A stretch of 28,161 nucleotides of DNA, taken from a bacterium. Lineage in GTDB: Bacteria > Sysuimicrobiota > Sysuimicrobiia > Sysuimicrobiales > Kaftiobacteriaceae. Under the pieces are notes generated by a model. That model did no database searches and was not told where the DNA came from. It saw only the letters and a program-made list of their open reading frames with translations. The DNA lies in NCBI GenBank assembly GCA_044868695.1, contig JBIOWP010000159.1, positions 1-28,161 of the forward strand, written 5' to 3'. Both the position numbers and the translations under genes were made by a program. Position 1 is the stretch's first letter; each line of letters begins with the position of its first letter. Below, piece after piece: positions 1 through 8,786 of this stretch.

Positions 1-17
1 GGAAGGGTGCGGCGTAA

Positions 18-62
18 GTAGACTGAGGAGACTGTGTAGACTGAGAAGACCGTGAAGACTAG
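18..62. repeat. Degenerate 9-bp tandem repeat, 5 units
   Basis: Units read directly: gtagactga ggagactgt gtagactga gaagaccgt gaagactag. They fill the space between a TAA at 15-17 and the permease stop codon at 59-61. Confidence 0.8.
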
Positions 63-856
63 TGTTTCTGTCCCTTCGACGTCCAGCGCTCGAGGGCGCG
101 GACGCCCAGGGAGCCCAACAGCGTCATGATCAGGTAGAGCAGCGCCACCATATTGTAGGTCTCGAACGACCGGAAGGTGCGCGCGTTGAGCAGGCTGCCG
201 GAGTACGTGAGCTCCTGGACCGAGATCACCGACGCCAGCGACGAGTCCTTGAGCATCGCCACGAAATCGTTGCCCAGCGGTGGGAGAATGACGCGGATCG
301 CCTGCGGCAGGACAATGTGGCGCATCGCCTGCCAGGACGTCATCCCTAACGACCGCGCGGCCTCGCGCTGGCCCCGCGGGATGGACTCGATGCCCGCCCG
401 GTAGATCTCCGCCAGGTACGCGCCGTACCCGATCCCCAGCCCCAACGTCGCCCGCACCACGTCGTCGCGGAGCCAGCGGATCCCCGTGAGGTCGGCCAGC
501 ACCGGCGTGACGACGAACGCGATGTAGATCAGCTGGACCAGGAGCGGGACCCCGCGCACCACTTCGACGTAGAGCCGGGCCGGGGTGTAGAAAAGCGGGT
601 TACCTGACATCTGGCCGAAGGCCGCAATCAATCCCAGCACCATCGCCAGTGCATACGAGGAGACCGCGAGTTTGATGGTGACGGCGATTGCCGAGGCCAG
701 GAAGTGATAGGTCTCGATGTAGACCGGCGACCGCAGGATCCCCACCAGCGCAAAGATCCCGCCGATCAGCAGCGCCACTCCCCACCAGGGAGTGTGTTCC
801 AACACACTCAGCGACATCAGCTTGCCGCGACCCGGAAGGGGAGGAGACGAACTCAT
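59..856 (-). CDS. Polar amino-acid ABC transporter permease (HisM/GlnP family)
   Basis: Motifs YVEVVRGVPLLVQL, AYLAEIYRAGIESIPRGQREAARSLGM (EAA loop), LPQAIRVILPPLGNDFVAMLKDSSLAS. Start uncertain (GTG 877, ATG 856 or ATG 817). Confidence 0.93.
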   Translation of the reverse strand: MSSSPPLPGRGKLMSLSVLEHTPWWGVALLIGGIFALVGILRSPVYIETYHFLASAIAVTIKLAVSSYALAMVLGLIAAFGQMSGNPLFYTPARLYVEVVRGVPLLVQLIYIAFVVTPVLADLTGIRWLRDDVVRATLGLGIGYGAYLAEIYRAGIESIPRGQREAARSLGMTSWQAMRHIVLPQAIRVILPPLGNDFVAMLKDSSLASVISVQELTYSGSLLNARTFRSFETYNMVALLYLIMTLLGSLGVRALERWTSKGQKH

Positions 857-878
857 GCGGGAAGGGCGGTCATGCACA

Positions 879-905
879 GTGGGGGAGGCTGTCCGCCTCC
901 CCCAC
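879..905. terminator. Intercistronic hairpin between binding-protein and permease genes (mRNA stabiliser or partial terminator)
   Basis: Perfect 11-bp inverted repeat gtgggggaggc-tgtcc-gcctcccccac; no clear U-tract. Confidence 0.55.
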
Positions 906-934
906 CCTGTCGCGCATCGGACGGAAACGTACGC

Positions 935-1762
935 TTACGACGGTTTGAAGTCAACGAACCACTTCTGATAGAGCGAGTCCAGCGTCCCGTTCTCGCGCAG
1001 GACCTTCAGCGCTGCGTTGAAGGCGGACTGGAGCTCCGTGTCACCGTCGCGCACCACGATCCCTAGACCCTCGCTGGTGAACTTGTCACCGGCGATCTTC
1101 AGTTTGTCGGGGTTGGTGCCCATGTACCCCGAGGCTGCGGTGTTGTCGATGATGACCGCGTCGACGTCCTTGTTCAGCAGCGCCTTCACGGCCAGGTCGA
1201 ATGTCGGGAAGCGCTTGATGGACCTGAGCTTCTTCTCTTTCTGCATCGCGGTCGCGGCCTCGTCGTTGGTCGTCCCGCGCTGAACCGCCACGCTTCTGGT
1301 GACCAGGTCACCCACGCCCATGATCCGCGTCTCGTCAGCGCGCACGAGGACTACCTGTCCGACTTCGATGTATTGGTCCGTGAAGTCCATCGTCTTATCG
1401 CGCTCGGCGGTGATCGTCACACCGGAAATCACCGCATCGTAATCGCCCTTCTGAAGCGCGGGGAAGATGCCGTCCCACGCCGTGCTCTTGATGTCTGTCT
1501 TGCAGTTCGCCAGCTGACAAATCTCGTTGATGAGGTCGATATCATAGCCGACGATGCTTTTGCTGGCATCCAGCATCTCGAACGGCGGGTAGGTGGCGTC
1601 CGTAGCGACGCGGATCGTCTTACCGCCCAGATCCGGCACCTGTGAGGCGGGCTTCGCCGCCGGCGCCGGCTGCTGGGTTTGCTGGCGCTGGCAGCCGACG
1701 GTGACGAAGACAGCAATCAGCACCAAGATTCCGACGAGCATCCATCGGGAGGCGTTGCGCAT
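935..1762 (-). CDS. Basic/polar amino-acid ABC transporter substrate-binding lipoprotein (SBP family 3)
   Basis: Signal peptide with lipobox VTVGC; motifs [51 protein letters not shown] upstream of the ATG. Confidence 0.94.
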   Translation of the reverse strand: MRNASRWMLVGILVLIAVFVTVGCQRQQTQQPAPAAKPASQVPDLGGKTIRVATDATYPPFEMLDASKSIVGYDIDLINEICQLANCKTDIKSTAWDGIFPALQKGDYDAVISGVTITAERDKTMDFTDQYIEVGQVVLVRADETRIMGVGDLVTRSVAVQRGTTNDEAATAMQKEKKLRSIKRFPTFDLAVKALLNKDVDAVIIDNTAASGYMGTNPDKLKIAGDKFTSEGLGIVVRDGDTELQSAFNAALKVLRENGTLDSLYQKWFVDFKPS

Positions 1763-1913
1763 GCCATCCCCTCCTTAACGAGCTGTGTCCCCCTGGAATG
1801 CTCTGCTATTTTCCCTTCCGCGCCATGTTCTCCTGCTGCGGCAGGAACTCTACCGACCCGCTGGAAAGACACACCCTCGACCAGTCCGACCCCCGGGGGT
1901 ACAGGCAGCACGC

Positions 1914-2930
1914 ATGGGCATCGGCCGGTACGTTCTCACGCGCCTTGCGCTCACCGTGCCAATGCTGCTCATCCTCCTCACCATCGTCTTTGTGATCCTG
2001 CGGGTGATCCCCGGAGACCCCTGTCTGGCCATGCTCGGCGGCCGCAACGTCGGCCCCGAACAGATCCAGAACTGCCGCGTGCAGCTGGGCGTCGACCGCC
2101 CGGTCGCGGTGCAGTATATCCGCTATCTCGGCGGGATCCTCCGCGGCGACTTCGGGGACTCGATCCGCACCGGCCTGCCGGTGACCATCGAGCTCGTGGA
2201 GCGGTTTCCGGCTACGGTCGAACTCGCGGTCACCGGGATGGCTCTGGCCACGCTGATGGGAATGGGCACGGGCATCTACGCCGCCTCGCACAGCGACAGA
2301 ACCGCCGACCATGTGATCCGCCTCTTCAACATCGCGTCCTTTGCGATGCCGGTCTTTTGGATCGGCCTGATGCTGCTCATTATTTTCGCGGTCGACCTCC
2401 GGTGGCTGCCGGTGGGCGGCCGCATCGACCCGGTGACCGGCGCATTTTTCGAGCCGATCACACGCCTGTACGTCCTGGACACGCTGCTGCGCGGGGATCT
2501 CAACGCATTCATCGACGTCCTGCGCCACCTGATCCTGCCGGCGCTGACCTTAGGGCTCGTCGTCTCGGGGTTCATCGGGCGGATGAGCCGCACGAGCATG
2601 CTCGAAGTGCTGGGGCGCGAGTACGTCACCGCGGCCCGGGCGAAGGGGCTGAGCGAACGCGTCGTGGTGGGCAAGCACGCCCTGCGCAATGCCCTGATTC
2701 CCATCGTCACCGTCATCGGGCTGCAATTTGCCCTGCTGATGGGGGGCGCGATTCTCACAGAAACCGTGTTCTCCTGGCCGGGGGTGGCCCGGTACCTCCT
2801 TGAGAGCATCGAGAACCGCGACTTCCCGGCCATCCAGGGCACGGTGGTGTTCATCGCGCTGTTCATTTCCGCGGTGAACCTCGTCGTTGACGTCCTCTAC
2901 GCGCGGCTCGACCCTCGTGTCCGGTACTAG
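1914..2930 (+). CDS. Peptide/nickel ABC transporter permease (DppB/OppB family)
   Basis: MGIGRYVLTRL N-terminus, IPGDP, GDFGDS, RFPATVELA, HLILPALTL, EYVTAARAKGL, GGAILTETVFSWPG, DPRVRY C-terminus. ATG 1914 chosen over the ORF-track start 1785. Confidence 0.94.
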   Translation: MGIGRYVLTRLALTVPMLLILLTIVFVILRVIPGDPCLAMLGGRNVGPEQIQNCRVQLGVDRPVAVQYIRYLGGILRGDFGDSIRTGLPVTIELVERFPATVELAVTGMALATLMGMGTGIYAASHSDRTADHVIRLFNIASFAMPVFWIGLMLLIIFAVDLRWLPVGGRIDPVTGAFFEPITRLYVLDTLLRGDLNAFIDVLRHLILPALTLGLVVSGFIGRMSRTSMLEVLGREYVTAARAKGLSERVVVGKHALRNALIPIVTVIGLQFALLMGGAILTETVFSWPGVARYLLESIENRDFPAIQGTVVFIALFISAVNLVVDVLYARLDPRVRY

Positions 2931-2937
2931 AGTCGGG

Positions 2938-3783
2938 ATGTTTCGCGCGGTTCGGGGACCGGCCGGACCGCGCCTCCTTCTTCTTACGGGGCTGGTGGTG
3001 GCCGGGGTCTTCGTGCTGGCCACCATCCTTGCGCCGATCCTCGCCCCGGCCGACCCCACCGCGGCGACGACGGGCGGCCGCCTGCAGCCGCCCAGTGGCC
3101 AGAACCTCATGGGGACCGACCAGCTCCGCCGCGATGTCTTCAGCCGCGTGCTGTACGGCGGCCGGATCCCGCTGCTAGTGGCCGTCATCTCCTGCGCGAT
3201 CTCGTTGTCGATCGGCACCCTCCTGGGGTGGCTCTCGGGAGTTCTTGGCGGGCGGTTCGACCGCGCCGTCTCGCTGGTCATGGACGCCGTCTACTCCTTC
3301 CCCGCCCTCGTGCTTGCCATTGCCATCGTGGCCATGCTCGGCCCCGGGCTGGTCAACATGGTCGCCGCCATCGCCTTCGTCTACATTCCGGCCTATTTCC
3401 GGGTCGCCCGCGCGCAGACGCTGGTGATCCGCGAACAGGAGTATGTGGAAGCGGCGCGCGCCGCGGGCGCCTCCACACGCCGCGTACTGCTGCGCCACGT
3501 CGCCCCGAACACGCTGAGCGCCGTGATGACGGTGCCGTCGTTCAACATTGCCGACGCCATCGTGACCGAGGCCGCCCTGGCCTTCCTCGGGTTCGGCCTG
3601 CCGCCCCCGACGCCGGACTGGGGATTCGACATCCAGAACGGCCAGCGGTTCCTGCAATCCGGGTTCTGGTGGCTGATTACCTTCCCCGGCCTGGTCATCG
3701 TGCTGGTGTCCCTGAGCTTCGGGATGATCGGCGAGGGCCTCAACGACCTGCTCAACCCAAGGAGGCGCCGGCTGGGCGGATAG
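2938..3783 (+). CDS. Peptide/nickel ABC transporter permease (DppC/OppC family)
   Basis: MGTDQLRRDVFSRVLYGGR, EYVEAARAAGA, RHVAPN, EAALAFLGFG..PPTPDWG, GEGLNDLLNPR. ATG lies 7 nt after the upstream stop. Confidence 0.93.
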   Translation: MFRAVRGPAGPRLLLLTGLVVAGVFVLATILAPILAPADPTAATTGGRLQPPSGQNLMGTDQLRRDVFSRVLYGGRIPLLVAVISCAISLSIGTLLGWLSGVLGGRFDRAVSLVMDAVYSFPALVLAIAIVAMLGPGLVNMVAAIAFVYIPAYFRVARAQTLVIREQEYVEAARAAGASTRRVLLRHVAPNTLSAVMTVPSFNIADAIVTEAALAFLGFGLPPPTPDWGFDIQNGQRFLQSGFWWLITFPGLVIVLVSLSFGMIGEGLNDLLNPRRRRLGG

Positions 3784-3827
3784 CGAACACGCTCCATAGT
3801 ACGTATTGCTGACGGAGGTGAGGCTGA

Positions 3828-5402
3828 GTGAAGAGATTCGCGGTCGTCGCGCTGGCGGTTTTCCTGCTGGCGTTGTACATGCCGACGACGCTCCCCGCGG
3901 CGGCGCCCCGGGACACGATCGTCCTGGGAACCACCGACAAGATCACCACGCTCGATCCCGCCAACTCGTATGACTACTGGACCTGGCTCGTCTTCCAGAA
4001 CACCGCGCAGGCGCTGGTGGGCTTCAAGCCCGGCACGACGGACGTTGTGCCGCAGCTGGCGGAGAGCTGGACCACCTCGTCGGACGGGAAGGTCTACACG
4101 TTCAAGCTGCGCCGCGGCGTGACGTTCACCGACGGCGCGCCGTTCAACGCGGCGGCGGTCAAGTTCTCATTCGACCGCGCGTTCAAGCTGAAGGGTCCTG
4201 AGGGGGCGCTGGGGCTCATCGAGAACATCACGTCGGTCGATGTCGTCGATCAGAATACGGTGCGCATCACTCTGAAGAACGCTGATTCGACCACGCTGTC
4301 CCGGCTCTCCGAATCCATCGGGATCTCGGTCATCACCAGCCCCAAGTCCACTCCGGCGAACGCCTTCGCCAAGGGCTTCAACCAGTTCGCGGGCACCGGC
4401 CCCTACCGCCTGTCCCAGTACACTCCGGGCCAGCGGACGGTGTTCGAGGCCTACCCGGAGTACTGGGGGACCCAGCCCAAGAGCCGCCGCGTCATCACGG
4501 TGTTCTACGCCGACTCCGCGGCGCTTGCGGCCGCGGTCGAGTCCGGCCAGGTGGACGCCGGCTACCGTTCATTCAGCCCGGATGACATCAAACGGCTCGA
4601 GATGGGCGGCAAGTTCCAGGTCATGCGAAGCGCGCAGTTCCCGTCGGTCCGGTACATCGTGTTCAACGTGACCGCGGCCCCATTTGACAACGTCAAAATC
4701 CGCCGCGCGATTTCGTTCGCGGTGAACCGCGACCGGATCGTCGGCGATGTCTTCGGCGGGCTCAACCAGCCCCTGTACAGCATGGTGCCGCCGGGCATGT
4801 GGAGCCACGTGGACGCGTTTCCGAAGCGCGACCTGGACAAGGCGAAGAGCCTGCTGAGCGAGGCGGGGTACTCGGGGGGCAACAAGCTGGCGCTGACTCT
4901 GTGGTACACGCCCAGCCACTACGGCACCACCGAATCTGACGCGGCCGCGGTGCTCAAGTCCTCGATCGAGGAAACCGGCATGGTTAACGTGGACGTCAAG
5001 TCGTCCGAGTGGGGCGACTACACGAAGGCGATGTCCGCGGGCCAGTTCGGGATGTTCCTGCTGGGCTGGTTCCCCGACTTCGTGGACCCGGACAACTTCC
5101 TGGCTCCCTGGCTGACCGAGAGCCCCGAAGGCCTGGGCACATTCCTGAACAAGAGCAACCGATCGGTCGACAAACAGTTCTACGCCGACTTCCAGAAGGT
5201 CCTGGGGGATGCCAAGCGGACGGCCGATCCGAACCGGCGCGCCGTCTTCTACAAGCAGGCGCAGCAGAAGCTGGCCGACGGCGCGATCCTAGTCCCGCTG
5301 TGGCAGAACCTCGCGCAGAGCTACGTGATCGCCCAGAAGAACGTCAAGGGGATCACGCTCGACGCGACGACCATTTTCCGGACCTATCTCCTGTACAAGT
5401 AA
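3828..5402 (+). CDS. Peptide ABC transporter substrate-binding protein (SBP family 5, DppA/OppA-like)
   Basis: Signal peptide; TLDPA, PQLAESW, YTFKLRRGVTFTDGAPFNAAAVKFSF, GTGPY, RRAISFAVNR; GGAGG SD before GTG. Confidence 0.93.
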   Translation: MKRFAVVALAVFLLALYMPTTLPAAAPRDTIVLGTTDKITTLDPANSYDYWTWLVFQNTAQALVGFKPGTTDVVPQLAESWTTSSDGKVYTFKLRRGVTFTDGAPFNAAAVKFSFDRAFKLKGPEGALGLIENITSVDVVDQNTVRITLKNADSTTLSRLSESIGISVITSPKSTPANAFAKGFNQFAGTGPYRLSQYTPGQRTVFEAYPEYWGTQPKSRRVITVFYADSAALAAAVESGQVDAGYRSFSPDDIKRLEMGGKFQVMRSAQFPSVRYIVFNVTAAPFDNVKIRRAISFAVNRDRIVGDVFGGLNQPLYSMVPPGMWSHVDAFPKRDLDKAKSLLSEAGYSGGNKLALTLWYTPSHYGTTESDAAAVLKSSIEETGMVNVDVKSSEWGDYTKAMSAGQFGMFLLGWFPDFVDPDNFLAPWLTESPEGLGTFLNKSNRSVDKQFYADFQKVLGDAKRTADPNRRAVFYKQAQQKLADGAILVPLWQNLAQSYVIAQKNVKGITLDATTIFRTYLLYK

Positions 5403-5433
5403 GCAGACGGTCCGCGGGAACACGACCGCACGT

Positions 5434-5469
5434 CACCGGGTCCGCCGCAGGGCGGACCCGGTGTATTTT
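5434..5469 (+). terminator. Rho-independent terminator between convergent genes
   Basis: 13-bp perfect stem caccgggtccgcc-gcag-ggcggacccggtg followed by tatttt. Confidence 0.75.
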
Positions 5470-6454
5470 ATGCCGGCGAGAGGACTTCGGGATTGACGGG
5501 GTTGGGCGGCCGCATGCCCTGGAGCACGGCCGCCAGGTTCTCCGCGGCCAGCGTCGCCATGCGGATGCGCGTCGGGATGCTGGCACTGGCGATGTGCGGG
5601 ACGACGATGACGTTGTCCAGCGCCAGCAGCGGATCATCAGCGCGCACGGGCTCCTGCTCAAACACATCGATCCCCGCAGCGAAGATCCGCCGGTTCGTCA
5701 GCGCCTCGGTGAGGGCCCGCTGGTCCACCACGGGCCCGCGGGACGTATTTACGAAGACGGCCGTCTTCTTCATTAGAGCAAACTGTTCCCGGCCGATCAG
5801 GTGGCGGGTCTGGTCCGACAGCGGGACGTGCACGCTGAGGACGTCTGCATCACGCAGGACATCCGCAAACGGCTTGTACTCGATGCCCAGGCTCTTCTCG
5901 AGGTCTTCGCGGCGGAAGGGGTCGTAGTAGATCACCCGCATCTGGAATCCCTTCGCGCGGCGGGCCACGGCCGAGCCGATGCGTCCCAGCCCGATCAATC
6001 CCAGGGTGGCGCCGTACACATCCTGCCCTGCCAGGAGCAGCGGTTCCCACGTCTTCCACTTTCCCGCACGGGTGTACGCGTCGGCCTCGACCAGGCGGCG
6101 AGCGGCTGCCAGGATCAGGCAGAAAGCGAAGTCCGCGACCGTCTCGGTCAGGACATCCGGGGTGTTGGTGACCACGATGCGGCGGGCGGTGGCCGCGGCG
6201 ATGTCGATGTTGTCGAACCCGACGGCGAAATTGCTGATCACCTTCAGGTGAGGCGCGGCCTCCATGACCTCCCGGTCGATGCGGTCGGTGAGCAGACTGA
6301 GGACACCCGTGGCCGGCGCCACCTCACGCAGCAGGACATCGCGCGGCGGCGGGACGTCTTCCCGGTCCCAGATGGAGAGGTCGGCAACCGGACGGAGAAT
6401 GTCAAGCGCGCTCTGAGGAATCTTGCGGGCAACGTAGACTCTCGGGCGACTCAC
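5468..6454 (-). CDS. gyaR: D-2-hydroxyacid dehydrogenase, glyoxylate reductase / D-glycerate dehydrogenase type
   Basis: AVGFDNID, TNTPDVLTETVAD, GLGRIG Rossmann motif, NTSRGPVVD, DVFEQEP, PHIASAS. Confidence 0.9.
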   Translation of the reverse strand: MSRPRVYVARKIPQSALDILRPVADLSIWDREDVPPPRDVLLREVAPATGVLSLLTDRIDREVMEAAPHLKVISNFAVGFDNIDIAAATARRIVVTNTPDVLTETVADFAFCLILAAARRLVEADAYTRAGKWKTWEPLLLAGQDVYGATLGLIGLGRIGSAVARRAKGFQMRVIYYDPFRREDLEKSLGIEYKPFADVLRDADVLSVHVPLSDQTRHLIGREQFALMKKTAVFVNTSRGPVVDQRALTEALTNRRIFAAGIDVFEQEPVRADDPLLALDNVIVVPHIASASIPTRIRMATLAAENLAAVLQGMRPPNPVNPEVLSPA

Positions 6455-6492
6455 AAACCACTTCCCTACGACCCTCCGGGACAGAACTCCTG

Positions 6493-7713
6493 TCAGTCGG
6501 GAGGAAGCAGGTCTGCGGCGGAAATGGCCAGCGGGCGCAGGACCGACGGGAGGAGCGCTGACGCCTGCTGCTCACGCACCTTGTTGAGAATCTCCTCAAG
6601 TCCCGCATCCAGCCGTGTGACATTGTCGAGGACGGCTACGGCGCTCTGGCGCACGTCCGCCGGCGCGGGCTGATCCGACACCAGCAGCGGCACGACTCGC
6701 CAGCCCGACTTCTCAAGGGAGTGCGCCTGCTCCAGCAGCTTCGCTGCATCGGCGGGGGTGGCGGCGCCGGTGAGCCCGCGGAAGAGGAGCACGACGCCGT
6801 GATAGAACGCCGCGCCGTCGACTGCGCCCCGGCCGGGATCCACGACCGCAGCCTCCACGCCGGCCCGCCGCAGCGCGGCTTCGAACAGCTCACAGATCGA
6901 ACGGTTGTCCGACATCTTTGCGTTGGCCAGCTCGGTCAGCCGGTACGCCACATCCTGTGTTTCGTCTCCCACGCGCGTCCCGCAGTGAGGGCAGGCCACG
7001 TTGGAGGCGATGAAGGACTTGAGCTCCTCGTTCCCCGGCGCGACCGCCAGCCACTGGCTGCCCTGCTTGCACAGCACGACGTGCCAGCGTTCGACAATGC
7101 CGGACGACACCAGGCGGTCCATCGCCTCGCGCGCCTGTTCGGCAGGCGTGTCGGGAAGCAGCGCCGCCATTTGCGAGGCCAGCGCGGTCGGACGCCCACG
7201 GAACACCGGCTGGCGTCGGAGGGCCATCATGATCTGCATCGACGTGCCGTCGTTGCTCCCGACGATAATCCCGCCGGTGGCGAGTTTCAGCGCCGGCACG
7301 ACCTCGCGGCGAAACCGATCGAGGCTTTCACGGTCCCCGCCGTTGGCCAGCAGTTCACTGATGTGGCCGCCCACGACGGCTTCCAGGTGCATCTTGGTCG
7401 CCGTGGCCACCCGGCGGACCTCCGACTGGTTCCGGCCGGCCACGATCATGCGCAGGACATCGGGCTGCACGAGAAACAGGATGACCCGAGTGTGCGGTTG
7501 GGCGGGTGGGATCAAGACGTCGGCGAACGCGTCGCTGTGCGCGAGGCTGGCCGCCAGCGGCCGGTTGGACTGGCCGCGGGCGAACCGGCCCGCCGCCTGA
7601 TGGACCTCCGCGGCAAGACCCTGGTACCCGCTGGCCACCAGGCGGGTCAGCAACGTGGACAGGACCTGAGCATCCCACGTCGCTCGTTTGAAATCGAAGT
7701 GTTCGACGTACAT
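6493..7713 (-). CDS. Hypothetical protein (406 aa); putative winged helix + Zn ribbon + degenerate PD-(D/E)xK-like domain
   Basis: Long ORF filling the gap between recognisable genes, normal composition, GGAG upstream of the ATG. CPHC is seen at 6982-6993; domain assignment is inference. Confidence 0.75.
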   Translation of the reverse strand: MYVEHFDFKRATWDAQVLSTLLTRLVASGYQGLAAEVHQAAGRFARGQSNRPLAASLAHSDAFADVLIPPAQPHTRVILFLVQPDVLRMIVAGRNQSEVRRVATATKMHLEAVVGGHISELLANGGDRESLDRFRREVVPALKLATGGIIVGSNDGTSMQIMMALRRQPVFRGRPTALASQMAALLPDTPAEQAREAMDRLVSSGIVERWHVVLCKQGSQWLAVAPGNEELKSFIASNVACPHCGTRVGDETQDVAYRLTELANAKMSDNRSICELFEAALRRAGVEAAVVDPGRGAVDGAAFYHGVVLLFRGLTGAATPADAAKLLEQAHSLEKSGWRVVPLLVSDQPAPADVRQSAVAVLDNVTRLDAGLEEILNKVREQQASALLPSVLRPLAISAADLLPPD

Positions 7714-7841
7714 GCGGCTCCCGCGCGCGGCCGACCGCGCATATGTCCACTGGGGGGTATGCCCGGGGAGGATGCGCTTCAGACGACGGGCGCTGGCACG
7801 GAAAATGCCTATGGTGACCCTCCAAGGGGGAACCGCCGCCC

Positions 7842-8780
7842 ATGCTTTCGAAACTGCCAGATATGGTCCCCACGCCGGGGCGCCTGCTCATCGCCGAAGA
7901 TGACGAGAGCCTGCGCACCCTGCTCGTCCGGTACTTCACCTCGCTGGGTCACGACGTCCGGAGCTGTTCCGACGGCGCGGGCGCCGTGGGCGCGCTGGCC
8001 ACGGACCAGTTTGATATCGTCCTGACAGACGTCCTGATGCCGGGCACCAACGGCCTGGACGTCATGCGAGCCGCGAAGTCGGCCGACCGACTGGTCGAAG
8101 TGATCTTTCTGACGGGAGCGGCCGACCTAAGCACCACCATCAAGGCCCTGCGCGAAGGCGACGCCTTCGACTACATCCTGAAACCCTTCCCGAATATCGA
8201 GATTCTCCGTGCCACGGTCGACCGCGCGATGGAACGGCGCGCGCTGCGGCAGGAGAACGAGCGCCTGACGCGCGAGCTCGAGCGCTCCCGGAGCGCCGAT
8301 CTGCTGACGGGCACGTTGAACCGCCGCGCGTTCTTCGATCAGGGCGAGCGGGAGTTCTCGCGCGCCAGCCGCCACCACGAACCCCTGTCGCTGATCATGC
8401 TCGATCTCGACCGGTTCGAGGAGGTCAATGACCGCCACGGTCCGGTGGCCGGGGACACCGCGCTGATCCGGGTGGCGCAGATCTGCCGGGAGCTCCTGCG
8501 GACCGAGGACCTGCTGGCCCGGTACTGGGCTGACAAGTTCGTCTGCCTGCTGCCGGTCACCGACATCCGCAGCGCCGAGGCCGTGGCCGACCGGATCCGT
8601 GCGAAGGCGGCGGTCGCGCCCGTGTCCACCGGCGAGGCGGAGTTCGCGGTGCGGATCAGCGCTGGGGTCGCGTCGCGCCAGGATACCGATCGGTCCCTGG
8701 ATACGCTGCTGCGGCGCGCCGAGCGGGCACTGCGGCAGGCGAAAGAACATGGCGGCGATCACGTGCACGCGGAGCGGTAA
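7842..8780 (+). CDS. Response regulator with receiver domain and degenerate GGDEF domain
   Basis: REC: LLIAEDD, IVLTDVLMPG, FLTG, DYILKP. Coiled-coil linker. GGDEF fold: DLLTGTLNRRAF, LDLDRFEEVND, RYWADKF, ISAGVA, ALRQAK. Alternative start ATG 7863. Confidence 0.9.
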   Translation: MLSKLPDMVPTPGRLLIAEDDESLRTLLVRYFTSLGHDVRSCSDGAGAVGALATDQFDIVLTDVLMPGTNGLDVMRAAKSADRLVEVIFLTGAADLSTTIKALREGDAFDYILKPFPNIEILRATVDRAMERRALRQENERLTRELERSRSADLLTGTLNRRAFFDQGEREFSRASRHHEPLSLIMLDLDRFEEVNDRHGPVAGDTALIRVAQICRELLRTEDLLARYWADKFVCLLPVTDIRSAEAVADRIRAKAAVAPVSTGEAEFAVRISAGVASRQDTDRSLDTLLRRAERALRQAKEHGGDHVHAER

Positions 8781-8786
8781 CCGGGG

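Noticed and set aside
1679..2803. Long alternative-frame and antisense ORFs (e.g. 1679..2803, 6721..8025, 12071..13195, 17144..18163, 18678..19856, 21809..23278)
   Set aside because: They overlap well-supported genes, are Arg/Pro/Gly/Ala-rich and lack motifs; typical shadow ORFs of high-GC DNA.
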